From assembly GCA_973895155.1 (NCBI GenBank), contig OZ316897.1, positions 2,619,416 to 2,683,415 of the forward strand: 64,000 nt of DNA, in the 5' to 3' direction. Origin of the DNA: Marsupella aquatica (lineage: Eukaryota; Plantae; Marchantiophyta). The stretch's first letter is position 1, and each line of letters starts with the position of its first letter. The notes under the pieces are model-generated. The model was not told the DNA's origin. It saw nothing but the letters and a program-made list of their open reading frames with translations, and did not search any database. Of the stretch, positions 51,302 through 63,160 are shown in pieces. A program made the translations under genes and the position numbers.

Positions 51302-51631
51302 TCATCGTGAAAGGTTCACCCAAGGGTCTTCGTTCCAAATCTTACAACAGAAGTGAGCCTGTTTGTGGTACTTGTTGTCAAGACGACGACAACAATAGTT
51401 ACAAGAAAACTCCAAAGAATGTAAACACGCCGTTAACATCAACCTCGAATGAATTGGAACTCCTACATCATTCATTCCGCAAAATTCAATGCGGAGAGGA
51501 TTCTGCCTATCTCTAGGATCAGTACCACCCATCCACAATACTCCTATACCGATGGGGAGAACTTTGAGTCGCATGAGTCTCTTGTACAACCGGCGTGCAC
51601 GTTTGACACAATTTTCAAGGAAGACAGCCAT
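51302..51631 (-). CDS. Orphan cargo ORF (109 aa, Cys/His-rich)
   Basis: ATG-initiated ORF inside the TIR element; no family recognised. Confidence 0.35.
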   Translation of the reverse strand: MAVFLENCVKRARRLYKRLMRLKVLPIGIGVLWMGGTDPRDRQNPLRIEFCGMNDVGVPIHSRLMLTACLHSLEFSCNYCCRRLDNKYHKQAHFCCKIWNEDPWVNLSR

Positions 51632-52627
51632 TTGTCACAATACCTGTTGTCCACGGAGTGCAATCGACCTTCCGTTGTGCCTCCTAAACCCGGCAACACT
51701 GCGACATCAGAGATGAAGATGAGTCTCCAAACAAAACAAAGGAAAATGATTCTCAGAGGAGGATGCGATAAGTTTATCACACTCCGCATTCGAATTGAAA
51801 ATATGACTTCCTCAGACACCTAACCCCTGAATTCAATCTTTCACAAAAATGACAACTCCGATAAATTTATCGGATTCTCAATTACTCCTCTTTCCATGAA
51901 AGGAATGAAGACTCTGATAAATTTATCGGAATGAAGGCAACACCTCTCTAAACACTAGATCAAATGATTGCAACAGAGGAATGCAAAATGCGATAAATTT
52001 ATCGCAGTCCGCTCGGATCTGGACATTTTACACTAAATGACTAGTTAGTCTTACATGGAGAACTTGAACAGGAATGGCTGTTCCGATAAATTTATCGGGA
52101 TTTCGGTAGAAAGAGTCGAATCGCTTGGGAGGAATGTAAGACTTGATGGGAGTTTGGTATTCGCTCTCAGTCAGGAGATATTTGCTCTGGCGAAAGCAAA
52201 CGTTTTATGGGCAACCGCTCCTCTTTATATAGGAGACGCTCTAAACCATGGTTAATTTCCCCTTAACCATGGTTAAGTTTCCCCTTTACCTGGGTTAGTG
52301 CGTGGTCGTTCCTGGATTACGCGGTTCGGACCAAGTTACTCGTAGTTTGGACTTTTTCACTGACGGAATGTAAAACCCGATGCACGTATCGCTCCCTGCA
52401 TTCCCACGGCGATGCAATGGAGGAATGTGGCGTTTCGGAGAGTTTTTTCCAATTTTATCGGTCATTGCATTGCCTTAGAAAAAAAATGGGATCGGGCTAA
52501 ACGAGAACTCCGACACACTTCTCGGTCGGTCCGAAATCGTGTTTTGGACAAGTTGATCGCGGAGATGGATTTAGAGCATGGAAAAATGACTCTAAACTGT
52601 GATAGTCAGAGTGCTCTTCACTCTCAC

Positions 52628-52769
52628 TCGGTCTAGAGTGCAGTAAAGCTCTTGTGTGTTCCCGTGGACGTAGCCTCATGTGGAGGTGAACCACGTATCT
52701 CTCTGTGTCGACTATTGTGCGTTGGATGGTTCATGGGCTTACCGTTACGAATGTCGTCTATGCTCAACA
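52628..52769 (+). repeat. Truncated 3' LTR of copia copy 2
   Basis: Matches the last ~142 bp of the 5' LTR with 3 transitions; followed by TSD TCTAA. Confidence 0.92.
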
Positions 52770-55050
52770 TCTAAGAGGAGCTGCCAAGTTAGAGGGGATG
52801 GTTTACTAGCATATATAAGCCATTGGAAGGATTTTCTTTGATAATGATAGCAATTGCAAAGCATTCATTGTAGACAGAGCACAATTTATCCCCTCACCTC
52901 CTCTTGCATGTTCTCAAGGTGCTTCAAGGCAGGTGCCTTCTCCTGGTACTGATGCACAAATTTCCAAGCTTGTCTTGCTTTGAATTAAGTGGTGAATATT
53001 TGATGCACTCGAGCATGAGTGTTACAATTTCTTTGTGTACGTAGCGGCTGGGTTTTAACTTTGCATTGGTCTCAAGTTACTTTACTAATCAATTAAAGAA
53101 GGTTGGACGGGGCCCTCTGGATCGTCAGGACTAGATGGACACCAAAGAGGATTTAAATACTAACCTGCAGGCCCTTATGACTAAACAGGCAAAAATTCTT
53201 AAGACGTACAACAAGTGCACACTTGGAGATAGTCGAGGTCTTGTCCTTCTTGGCTACAAACGGTGCCACTGCTTGACTCCGGCCAGGCGCTCTGTCATCT
53301 CCTCTTACTAGTGATCATAAGGGTTAATCTACAACTTGAAATGTAGATCTTACAACTACAGAAAATGGCTTAAGTTCTTGGGGGCTTCATTCCAAGGAGC
53401 CATATCACACGCAAAGTTTTGGGACCCTAAAACGTAAGTAAATAATTTTTTGTAAATATTGTTTTACCCCTAAGTAAATTTTTGGAATATTCTATTATTT
53501 GCTTAATAAACACTGTGATTATAATTGTAGTTCTCACAATTAGATTAAAACACCCCTAATGTTTTTCCACAAAAATTCAAGGTCTTTTACTAAACTCAAT
53601 AAGAAACCTTTAGTTATTCTTATTTGCGCATGATGGGTAGAGAAAAAAGAAGTGAGGACCCCGGGCTTAATTCAGTTATGTTTTATGACAACAATTCACA
53701 ATCAAATCCCTGCATTTTCATAGGCTAAAACTGGCCAAACAATGAGTGAGGTGGGGAAATTGGCAAGGTAGAGTGTCAAGATAGACCAGTCTCTACCCCA
53801 AATGTAGACTACTAGGGCTCTGAAGTATGTGCTGTCGACACCTACAGGCTGTTAGCTACAGGGTCAAAAGATGTCCACAAAAATTGTGCAGAATTTGGAC
53901 ACCCTGGTCACACACCTCTAGACTGGGAGTCAGGGTCATTCGGGTTGTAATAAAGTCCTAGCTCACTCCATTGCCTTAGATTAAGAGCATATGTATGTGA
54001 ACATACTCGGGAACATACTAGCCTAATTTATCATTCTTTGCAACTAAATAGAGGTGAGTACATTCAAGCCTGTTGCACCATTTTTAGAGATCATGAAGTT
54101 GCCTCCAATCGCTACCAACCTCCCAATCAGCCTGCATCCCCAACTTCAATAAAACCCCATTCAAAGTCACTGTCCAGAGGCTACTAATTTTGTCCTAACA
54201 CAAATTCTTGCATAACACTAACCCATTCAAAGTCACTGTCCAGAGGCTACTAATTTTGTCCCAACACGTACTAATTCTTGCATAACACTAATTATGGCAA
54301 ACAGTGAATACATGGTCTGCCTGTAGTCTTCATTTAGAGATATTGATGCACATTAATGGCAAATCCATTATGACTAGTGGGATCGCTACCTGCTACCCAC
54401 GGCCATTGTCTGACTATAATACACTCAGATATTAAGTTTAAAAAACAAAAGTGCATTTCTGTGCCACAAATGCTGGGTCAATGGTAGACTGACAGAATTG
54501 GGCCCAACAAGGAATTGGGCCCAACAAGTGTTGGGTTTGAATCTTGCCTTGCACAAATTTTTTGTAACAAACCTCACCCAAAAGTGTGGTTCATTCACCA
54601 ATTAGACACCTAGGAAAAAATTGTGATGAAATCTTTTCATGGGCAGCAGATGGGGATTTTTGCAAGGCTCATTAATAACATTTGAGCAGCATGGGCAGCA
54701 GACAGGGATTCCCATGGATGCTCATTAATGATGAGCCTAGGTATTGTTGTTAGACTTGAATCAGTATTCCACCTTGGATGTGGACACTCTTCACTCTCGT
54801 GACACTTCCATGCGATTTACTTCAGAGCTCGATCTACCAGGCTCTTCAGTTAACTGCGTATATACTAGGGTTTTTAGTTTGTTGCGTGCTTCTTCTTTTT
54901 TGTTTTGTTTATGTGGGATACTCCTTGACTTGTCCTAACTCTTTGGTCTTCTTGAGGTCTTTCCCAGGTCTTTCCCTTTCCCCTTTTGTGTGTTCCTTTG
55001 CCTTGGAACATGTCTCCCCCCTTGACAATCATGTCTTTTTTGCATTGTGG

Positions 55051-55305
55051 TATATATATATATATATATATATATACTCCAGTATATATGCTCTAGTTAG
55101 GTTCCTTGCTAAAATTTAAGTAAAACTTGATTCAAATTCAAAATGGGAAGGCGCGGCTGGCATCACAGGGGTCGATCCTGGTTTGGCACTCTGATATATA
55201 TACTCTAGTAGTCTTGTATATATATATATATATATATATGAGGTTCGTTGATAAAATTTAAGTAAAACTTGATTCAAATTCAAAATGGGAAGGCGCGGCT
55301 GACAT
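55051..55305. repeat. Two (TA)n tracts and a duplicated ~65-bp segment
   Basis: (TA)n at 55051 and 55217; aaaatttaagtaaaacttgattcaaattcaaaatgggaaggcgcggctg twice. Confidence 0.75.
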
Positions 55306-56090
55306 CAGAGAGGTTGAGAAAACTCACGCTCGCGCAGCGAGGTACTACCTTAAGACGTGTCCAGATACTGAAGAGTTGGGGCATTGTTTCCATGTATCTT
55401 CAGCATTCGACGAGGCTCAAAGTTTGCGCATTCTATCGAGCAGAACCCCGCCCATGAGAATGTGGACATCGATTCGTTAGCAGTCGACGAGGCTCAAAAG
55501 TTTGTGCTCTCTCGAGCATAATCCGGCCCATGAGAGGGTGGACATCGATCGATTCGTGCAAGTAATCGGCATTCTAGCTTTCAGAATTCGGATACAGTGT
55601 CTTCAGCTTTCAGAAATCGGATATAGTGTCTTCAGAGGATTTAGTTTTAGTAGGTCTCCGGGTACGTTGGCCTTTGGTGGGAGGCGAATCTGATACCTAC
55701 GAGTCTGTGCATGTGAGTCAAGTATTCAAACAACGTGACTGAATAGTTTGGGTGAACATCTCAGTAACCTATTTTATGATAGCCCTTGATTGGATAATTT
55801 CGCTTGAATAGTGACGTGATTAATATTCCTCATGTGGTTCTTTCCTCTTGATGCTCAGTGGAGTCGATCTGCCCATACGACATCAGTTCTGTGATCTTAG
55901 AGTTCGTACAACATTGATTCTGGGCTCTTCTACTTCGTTCGACATCATTTCTGGGCTCTTCTACTTCGTTCGACATCATTTCTGTGCTCTGTAACTTCGA
56001 CTCCGGTGCAGACGATAAGCGGCTGTCCAACGAACGACAGATTGGAGAAGCTAAGAGCATCTAGCTGCAAGCGAATTCCCCTTGGCTGAG

Positions 56091-57248
56091 ATGGATACCG
56101 AAGCAAATGCAGCTCCTCAGCGAAACTTAGCAAAAGGTGTTGACGAGCATCCTACAATCCCTGCCCGTGGTGTGCGTCGTAAGAAGAGTGGAGCCAACTG
56201 GAAGAGCCCTGGTGACTACGAGCATCCGGCAAGTCTGGGCAGTGTCATGCATGGTGAGAGCAGTGCAGCAACACCAAAGAGGCCCGTAATTCACAAGCCT
56301 GTGCGTCGTGAGGACAGTGGAGCCAGTGGGGAGAGTATTTCACCGAAACCTGCTGCACCTCGATGTAATCCGCCGGGCATGAGAATCCGAGGAGCAAGAC
56401 AGATGCGAGGACAGATGGCACCCTCCTCTTTGAACAAAGGGAAGAAAGTTGACAAGCCCAAGGTCGACCGCAAGAAGGGCCGTCCCAACGGAGGAAAAAT
56501 GATAGACGTCGTCGCTGTAGAGAAGGAACTCCAGAGCGAAGCGGATATCGAGGTGAAGGTGAAGTATATCCTGGAGCAGTTCAGCGTATGCTGGGAAAGG
56601 TACAACGAGGAATGGGCGCGAGCTGGAAACCGGGCCGGACGCAAGGGCGTAAAGCGGGATCCAAACCGGGCCGACCTCAAGGCTATGGCGGAGCTCAACC
56701 AGTTACGCCAGCACGTCAATGGGGAGTGTGGCGTGTACGGGGACGTTCCGGGTGTTGCGGTGGGCGATACTTACCGCTACTTGGCAGAGGCATTCCTAAT
56801 CTCCCTCCATAGGAAGGCCCGAGCAGGCATCGACTTCGTCACAGATAAAGATCCGAGATTCACGGACAGACATGGAAAGTTAATTTCTATAGCCTTGAGC
56901 GTGGTCATTTCTAAACATACCCGGTACAATGACAAGGAGGATGGAGACACGATATGGTACAAGGGTGAGGGTGGCAACTGGAGCGGTGGCCAAGAAGGAG
57001 GATGGAAACACGATCAGAAACTGGAGAATGGGAATTTGGCCCTCGTGAACTGCCATCGGAACAGCCACTCGGTTCGTGTAATACGAGGCTCCAAAGCCCC
57101 CTCCAACCGTAGTCCGGCTGACAAAATCTACGAGTACCTTGGCTTGTACGATGTGAAGGATTACAAATATGAACGTGCAGGGTCGAGCGACGCCAAAGGC
57201 TTTACATTCATGTTAGTTAAAAAGATTTCTGAAGATGTGGCTAGATAA
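56091..57248 (+). CDS. SRA/YDG-domain protein (SUVH-like SRA, no SET domain), intronless
   Basis: GDVPGVAVGDTY, LHRKARAGIDF, SVVIS..Y.DKEDGDTIWYKGEGG, DQKLENGNLAL, VRVIRG, YEYLGLY (YDG changed to YLG). Confidence 0.85.
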   Translation: MDTEANAAPQRNLAKGVDEHPTIPARGVRRKKSGANWKSPGDYEHPASLGSVMHGESSAATPKRPVIHKPVRREDSGASGESISPKPAAPRCNPPGMRIRGARQMRGQMAPSSLNKGKKVDKPKVDRKKGRPNGGKMIDVVAVEKELQSEADIEVKVKYILEQFSVCWERYNEEWARAGNRAGRKGVKRDPNRADLKAMAELNQLRQHVNGECGVYGDVPGVAVGDTYRYLAEAFLISLHRKARAGIDFVTDKDPRFTDRHGKLISIALSVVISKHTRYNDKEDGDTIWYKGEGGNWSGGQEGGWKHDQKLENGNLALVNCHRNSHSVRVIRGSKAPSNRSPADKIYEYLGLYDVKDYKYERAGSSDAKGFTFMLVKKISEDVAR

Positions 57249-60133
57249 TTGCAGAAGTGAGGCGTATGATTGCATCCCTTGACCCAGGAGGCTTTCTTTG
57301 CAGGCAAAAGTCTCACGGAAGATGAAGGATCCGACCGGCAGTACCTTATAGTTCCAGATCTGATAGACAATTTGAGCAGCCTGGTGCCTCCTTTGGTGGG
57401 ACATACAGCGAGATTGCAACGTCGAGCTAAACGTTCAGGATAACCAGGCTCCCGTTCTGAGGCTTGTAACTTGCTTGTCTACAGCGCGCGGAGGGTTGGC
57501 CATTCATGATCCTGATCTTCAGAATTTTTCCTATGTATTATTGGTCCAGCACTGCTTCCAGGCCGCCTTGCTACGCAACCATAATCTTGCTGCCAGTACA
57601 ACGGGATGCCAGCCGGAGTGCTCAATTATGGTAGAAAGGAATGGAGCTCAAAAATGGACACAATGCAGTGTGTGATTTTAAGGTCAAGCCCTCCTACTAG
57701 AATTGTTCTAAAGGATGAAATGAAAACACGGAGAAGTCGGGTTAGTTTGCTTCCCAGGGGTATTTTTCTCGAGAAGAACACAAAGTTGTTGTGTAGCTGA
57801 CTCAGTGAGGATGGTCTGCCCTCTATATATGTATTACTTCATGCGTATCAATTTGTATATATCACAGAACCTTTCTGCTACCTTCATTGCATCATTCTGA
57901 ACAATTGCATGATTTGGTTCAGACAAATTTATGCTTGTGAAATATATTGATGCAACTGCAACTCGTATGATCGATGGAACACCCGGGTTTGCTTAATGCG
58001 CAATAACCGTTCGCGTCCTATTGAATGGCATAGTTGCAGTCGGTTACATCTTTTCCAAACTAAATCTGCAGCTTCCTTATTGCCTTGCTGTTGAATATGA
58101 CACAAATCGGAAAATTATGTGCAAACAAACTTCCTTCAGTTATTGCCTTGGTCGTTGTTGCTAACTCTTGCGACGTCCCCTACATCTCGTTGATACGAGG
58201 TTAACGGAAAGAGACTCAAGATTCGTACACCGACCAGGCACCCATAGGATTGCTCAATCATCGGACATGATAGAACCCTAAATTCTCCATTTTCTCACGT
58301 GGCAGTGCTGCTGAGAAAAGTGACAATTAAGCAAGGTCACCCGAGTAGAAATTTTCGGACTAGGCGAGGCAGTCGAGTGACTCAACAAGGTTAGCTCCAG
58401 TTGGAGCCATCGAGAGAAAAACAATTATGGCCAACTAATATTCGAGTTCTGCTGGACTGATATGGCTGACTGATAAAGTGATGGGATTAACAACCTCAGA
58501 GTGCACGTACTTCGGAAGGAGTTCTCTCTCGGCTCTTTGGCTCGTTCTCTCTTTCTCTCTTCTTAGGGCGTGTTCCGTGATGAAGAGATACAAGCGCGCA
58601 TCAACGTGGATAGTGTCTACAATATCTGTTAGCTAGCCGTGGCTTAGACTCAGTTGCTGAGAAATTCAGATGTATTGAAATAGGTGTCGTCAGCTGCAGT
58701 CTGCGCAGAGAATGGTTTTCTGTCTTAGCAGCTGATCAGAAAACTACAGTAGCAGACGGCGACAGTTGGAATCTAAGTCACGATCGTCTCCTGTAACTGA
58801 TCACGTACCCAGATCAGAATCAACCGACAGCTATATTAATCGAAGAAAATCGATATAAGTGTCGATGTAGATGATAGCAGTTGATCAGAAATCATATTTA
58901 CAAAGTGGATGATACTGATCCTAGGTGATTACTATATCTCGCTGTTAATGTTGATTCTGAGCTGGGTGATGAGATACAGGAGACGATCGTGCCTTAGATT
59001 CCACTTTGATTCCTGTTTGACTTCTCTCGACCGCAGCCACGCCCTTCATTTCTTTCTCCAAGACATCTAGGCAGTTCAGTATGTTCGTTCGTGCATGATC
59101 AAGCTTTGATCTGAGCGCCATCACTCTTCCGAATTTGATACCACAGGCAGAAGTATGGAGACTTGCTCCTAGTCGGTTGGGCAGCAACTCCTAGTGTTTC
59201 AGCCGCCATCGCTGTCCGACAAGGTGATCGAGAGTACTTGATTGGGCTCGTAGAGGCTTTATAAATTTTCCTTGAAATGAGGCTTTATAAATTTTAAGGA
59301 CGCATTGATCGATTTTGGAGATTGGAATGAAAATATGTATCGATCAGCACTTCAGATATTACATCTCTCATGTCCAACTCACGGCTTAAGACTACGCAGA
59401 CATCGAGTTCGTGTGCATCGTAAAAATAGCTATCAGCACCTCAGCAAATTTATTTTACTTTGTTTCTTTCGGTCCAAAATCCATCACGTGTGCCAGACTC
59501 AACAGAGGGCCTGGTTTAAAACGTGTGCACAACAACCCGGATCAACTATAGTGATATAAAGTATATATTCCGGACGAGGTGTAGAGTCGTCATCTTGACA
59601 GAAGTCAGTTTGAAGCACTGTAGTTCTACTTGTACTGGATTCGTTATTTCGGACAGATTTTGATTCTCTCGACCCGTGTCTAGATTGAGTCGTCGTCCTT
59701 GCAATTGTAACAGAAGCACTATATTGTTCGACAGTTTACTGCGAAACTTTGTAGATTTGGGTATGAAATAAGTTACCTCGTATAATGTAATTTACGTGAA
59801 TGATCATAAGGTGTGGAAGAGAATGTATGTTCCTCTCATCCGGCTCTAATTTTAATTATACATGATGTCGAGTTTTCTATGAGCTACTTTGGGCTGGCAA
59901 ACAGTCCATGGTTTGCGCAGCTATATACTTCATTAGCTAAGGCACTATATATATATATAAGTAATTATTTTCAGGAGCGGAATCACAAGAGGAATCTGAT
60001 AAGTTCACAGTTTTAAATTTTATCGAAGAGCAGGAGGGAAGATGGATGATCTTGACTCGTATGCAATGGAAGAATATGGGGAAACGTTGCTAATTGCAAT
60101 CTGACATTGGGTCGTTCCCGTGACAAGATCAAT

Positions 60134-63100
60134 CTAGAACTGCAGTGTCCTGCGAGATACGCGCGGTTCTCCCCAATGCTTAAGCATGCTACGCCAATTG
60201 CAAAAGCTCTCAGTGCAAATGTTCTGCCGCGGATCGGTGATGGTGATATTCCAATGCTCATCCTCGAGGCCCGCCGCCTCAGCCCTCCTCCGATTGTACT
60301 CGATGTTCGCTTTCTGCTTAGCCAGTAGCAGACACTGGTCTTGAAGCTTATCAGGCATAGTGTCATGCACTTCCCACCAGCGGCTGTGTGCAGAGTCGCT
60401 CGCATACTTCCTGTATTCTCCGGAGTCCCAGTTACAGTCGTAGTCCCGGTAGCAGAGCCATGGTTTCCTGCCAAGGTAGTGGATGACATGCAACGAGGGA
60501 GGGTCCACGGCTTGGAAGAGATTGGTCTTCTCGTCTCGTTCCTTCGTCTCGTTCGACCAGAAATGCTTCAGGAAATTCAGGCGCTTGGGGATCCGGTACC
60601 ATGAAGGAAAGATTTCGTTCAGATACCCCTGGTCTCCCCCGTTGTAAGACTCGATGTCGTTCATCTGATCCATGAGCAGATTGAAGGTGCAGTTACAAGG
60701 CTCAATGACCATTACCCCGGAGTTGAACAAGCTTTTATCGTTGCCAGTGGCCGAGAGCTCCGGCATGTCGAAGAGGAAGTCCAGATTTTGTAGCACAAGC
60801 AAATCTGAGTCGATGTAGATGACTTTATCGTATTGGGTAAGCTGCCATAAGCGGAACTTGCTGTAGTTCCAGGCGTTGTACTTCATTGGCTCGGACTTCG
60901 GGTTGCGTATCCTTTCAATTTCATGCAGCTTCCAGCCTGCTAGTTGCAGACCTTCCCTCTGCTCGGGGGTGACCTTCTCATCCACTAGCGCTACAAGATC
61001 CCTTTGCGATCCTGTCAGCCGAATGCTCTGGGCGGCCACTATGGCTCCGCAGACGTAGGCCCCATCTGTATGCAAGATTGTTGCATAAACTTCTCGACTT
61101 CGACGAGCCTTCACCGATTCGAGACGGGATTCCGATAGGTACTTGTCGTCGGACACATTCGAGTCGCTCTCTGAAATACAAGCAGCAAAAACGTAAGTCG
61201 TGCCTCGATTTCGTTAGTTAAACTCTTCCCAGTCGGCTCCCGAACTTGAGATCAATGAAACAGTCAACGCCGACGTCTAGATCTCTCTTACAGTCCCAAA
61301 TAAGCTCTGTTAAATCCAGTCCTCCCTATTTCCGTCTACTACGGACTAGATGCACTTCACGTTTGTCTAGACATATATGGTGTTCCAATTTTGCATCCTG
61401 GATATAAAGTGTACGCAGAATTATCAATGTTCATTTGTGTTCATGATGAATCTAATGTGTAGGAACGCGACAACTCACTGTACGTTCAAAAGTGACTTCA
61501 GTTTTCTAGCCTGAGGATCTCAGAATTTGGCCACGTACGCGTTTCAGTTTGGTTGACTCATCAGCTTTGTCAATGAATCGTAATCAAATTAACTTCGCAG
61601 CAATGGACGAGTTCCAATTGAGGAAAGGCTGTCTATGACGGCACGTTGTTGTAAGACGAGACGATAGGCAGTGAGATTGGACTGAATGAGATTGGACTGA
61701 GCTGGAAGAACGGCAAACCTGAAATCGAGCGTGGTAAACTATTGTCGAGACGGAGAGACAGCTCGCAGGATCCCACAGGCAGGGTAAGTTGTTGTCGCAG
61801 CCTGGCAAGATTGACCTGGAACAGCCAGAGGTCATCCTGCTGCTCAATGAGCTCATTGCAGGGGAAGAGGTTCAACGCAGGTCGACAGTCGCTGATAACG
61901 AGAACGAGCATGCTCTCACCGTCACCGCCGCCAGTCTTGGACGCAACGGTGGCTGCTGCCCGCAGAATCTGAAGACGGCCTACATCTCTTCTGCCGCAGG
62001 GAACTTTGACGATCACTGCCTCTAGGTTGATTGGTGCTTCTATTGCAGGCATAGGGAGATGCGGGCAACTTGAAGGGGCGGCCTCGTCGATCCACTCGGG
62101 GTAAAATTCCGACCACTGCAAGTGCTTGGACGCCCGCTCGAAGGGGAACACATGGTATCTGGCCCACCCAACAGTGAACTGATGCCAGTTCTGCTCTTCC
62201 TCCTCATCGATGTTCACCAGCCCGATCGTCAGACCGTTCCCGTGTTTTTCCAGTTGCAGGAGCCTGAGTAGAGAAGCGCCTTTAGGCAGGTCGCAGTATG
62301 TGACAGTGTTTCCCGACCCCGGGAGCTTCAGTTCCTCTAGTGACGACGCCCCTGCCCTTTTGCAACCTGGGAAAACGTTGTGTAGCGCCCTGCATCCAGA
62401 AGTCCAGAAATTGGGGTAAGATTTACCACCTTGTGATCCAAACGGCAAAGAAACTTTAGTTGAGGCAAGAAATTACAAGTTTTCACCCTGCCCCCTTAAT
62501 AATTTCACAAAAATTGTAATTGACAACAGTCCAAGGATTCAGTAAGAACTGATGGTCGAGCCATACAGAACTGTAATAATCTAGAAAAAGTTAATCGCAC
62601 AGAATCGAGAAAGTTTCAGAGGTCCTAGCTTGCTGGTGATATTAGGTGAGCTTGTCCCGAGATAATATAAAGAGTGACCGACAAGTCGACCTGCGCGCTC
62701 CAGAATTGGAGATTTCAAGATGAATATTTGTTTAAATTTTTAGAGCTCAGACGAAGTGCGTTGAGCAGATCTCCGGAGTCGGCACAAGGATTAGAGAGCT
62801 GAATATTGCTATAAATTGCGACGTCAGTCGACTGGTGATCGAGAATGAAATATATACCTTGATGAGCCACTGACATATGTAGTCTGAAGAGGTCGGTCCC
62901 CGTCTGAGCCCCCGGCGTCGACGGGATGGGATTCTGGGTAAGTGAGAGACAACACTGCAATGGCACACACCAGGCCAAGAAGCACGACTATCTTCTTGGG
63001 GGTCTTCGATTTTTCATACTTGTCCTCGTCACCATCGACCAGCTGGGAGTGTTCATCTGTTTGCCCCTTAGTGTAAAAGTCCTTCGCCACTTTCTTCGGT

Positions 63101-63160
63101 TGCAAACGCTCAAAACTGCTGAGCAGTCCTCGTCCAAGTTCTTCAGCATCTAGCTCATCC
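60134..63160 (-). CDS. GT8 glycosyltransferase of the GUX/PGSIP (xylan glucuronosyltransferase-like) type; at least 3 exons, 5' end not resolved
   Basis: TM anchor KKIVVLLGLVCAIAVL, YPEWIDE..CP, REVYATILH, YVCGAI, WNYSKFRLWQL, IDSD (DxD), FNSGVMVIEP, GGDQGYLNE, HYLGRKPW; exons about 63160-62858, 62430-61719, 61170-60134. Confidence 0.88.

Larger units (their letters stand above)
40731..52543 (+). mobile_element. 11.8-kb TIR DNA transposon (Sola-like DDD transposase) with ParB-methyltransferase cargo
   Basis: 25-bp TIRs AACACGATTTCGGACCGA(A/C)CGAGAA, TSD TTGG (40727-40730 and 52544-52547), splits the copia EAIWL|DKLIAE. Confidence 0.9.
24514..52769 (+). mobile_element. Ty1/copia LTR retrotransposon copy 2, carrying three nested DNA transposons
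   Basis: TSD TCTAA (24509-24513 and 52770-52774), 5' LTR, tRNA-Met PBS, gag-pol; RNase H sequence resumes at 40342-40371, 40575-40730 and 52544-52622 between the insertions. Confidence 0.95.
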
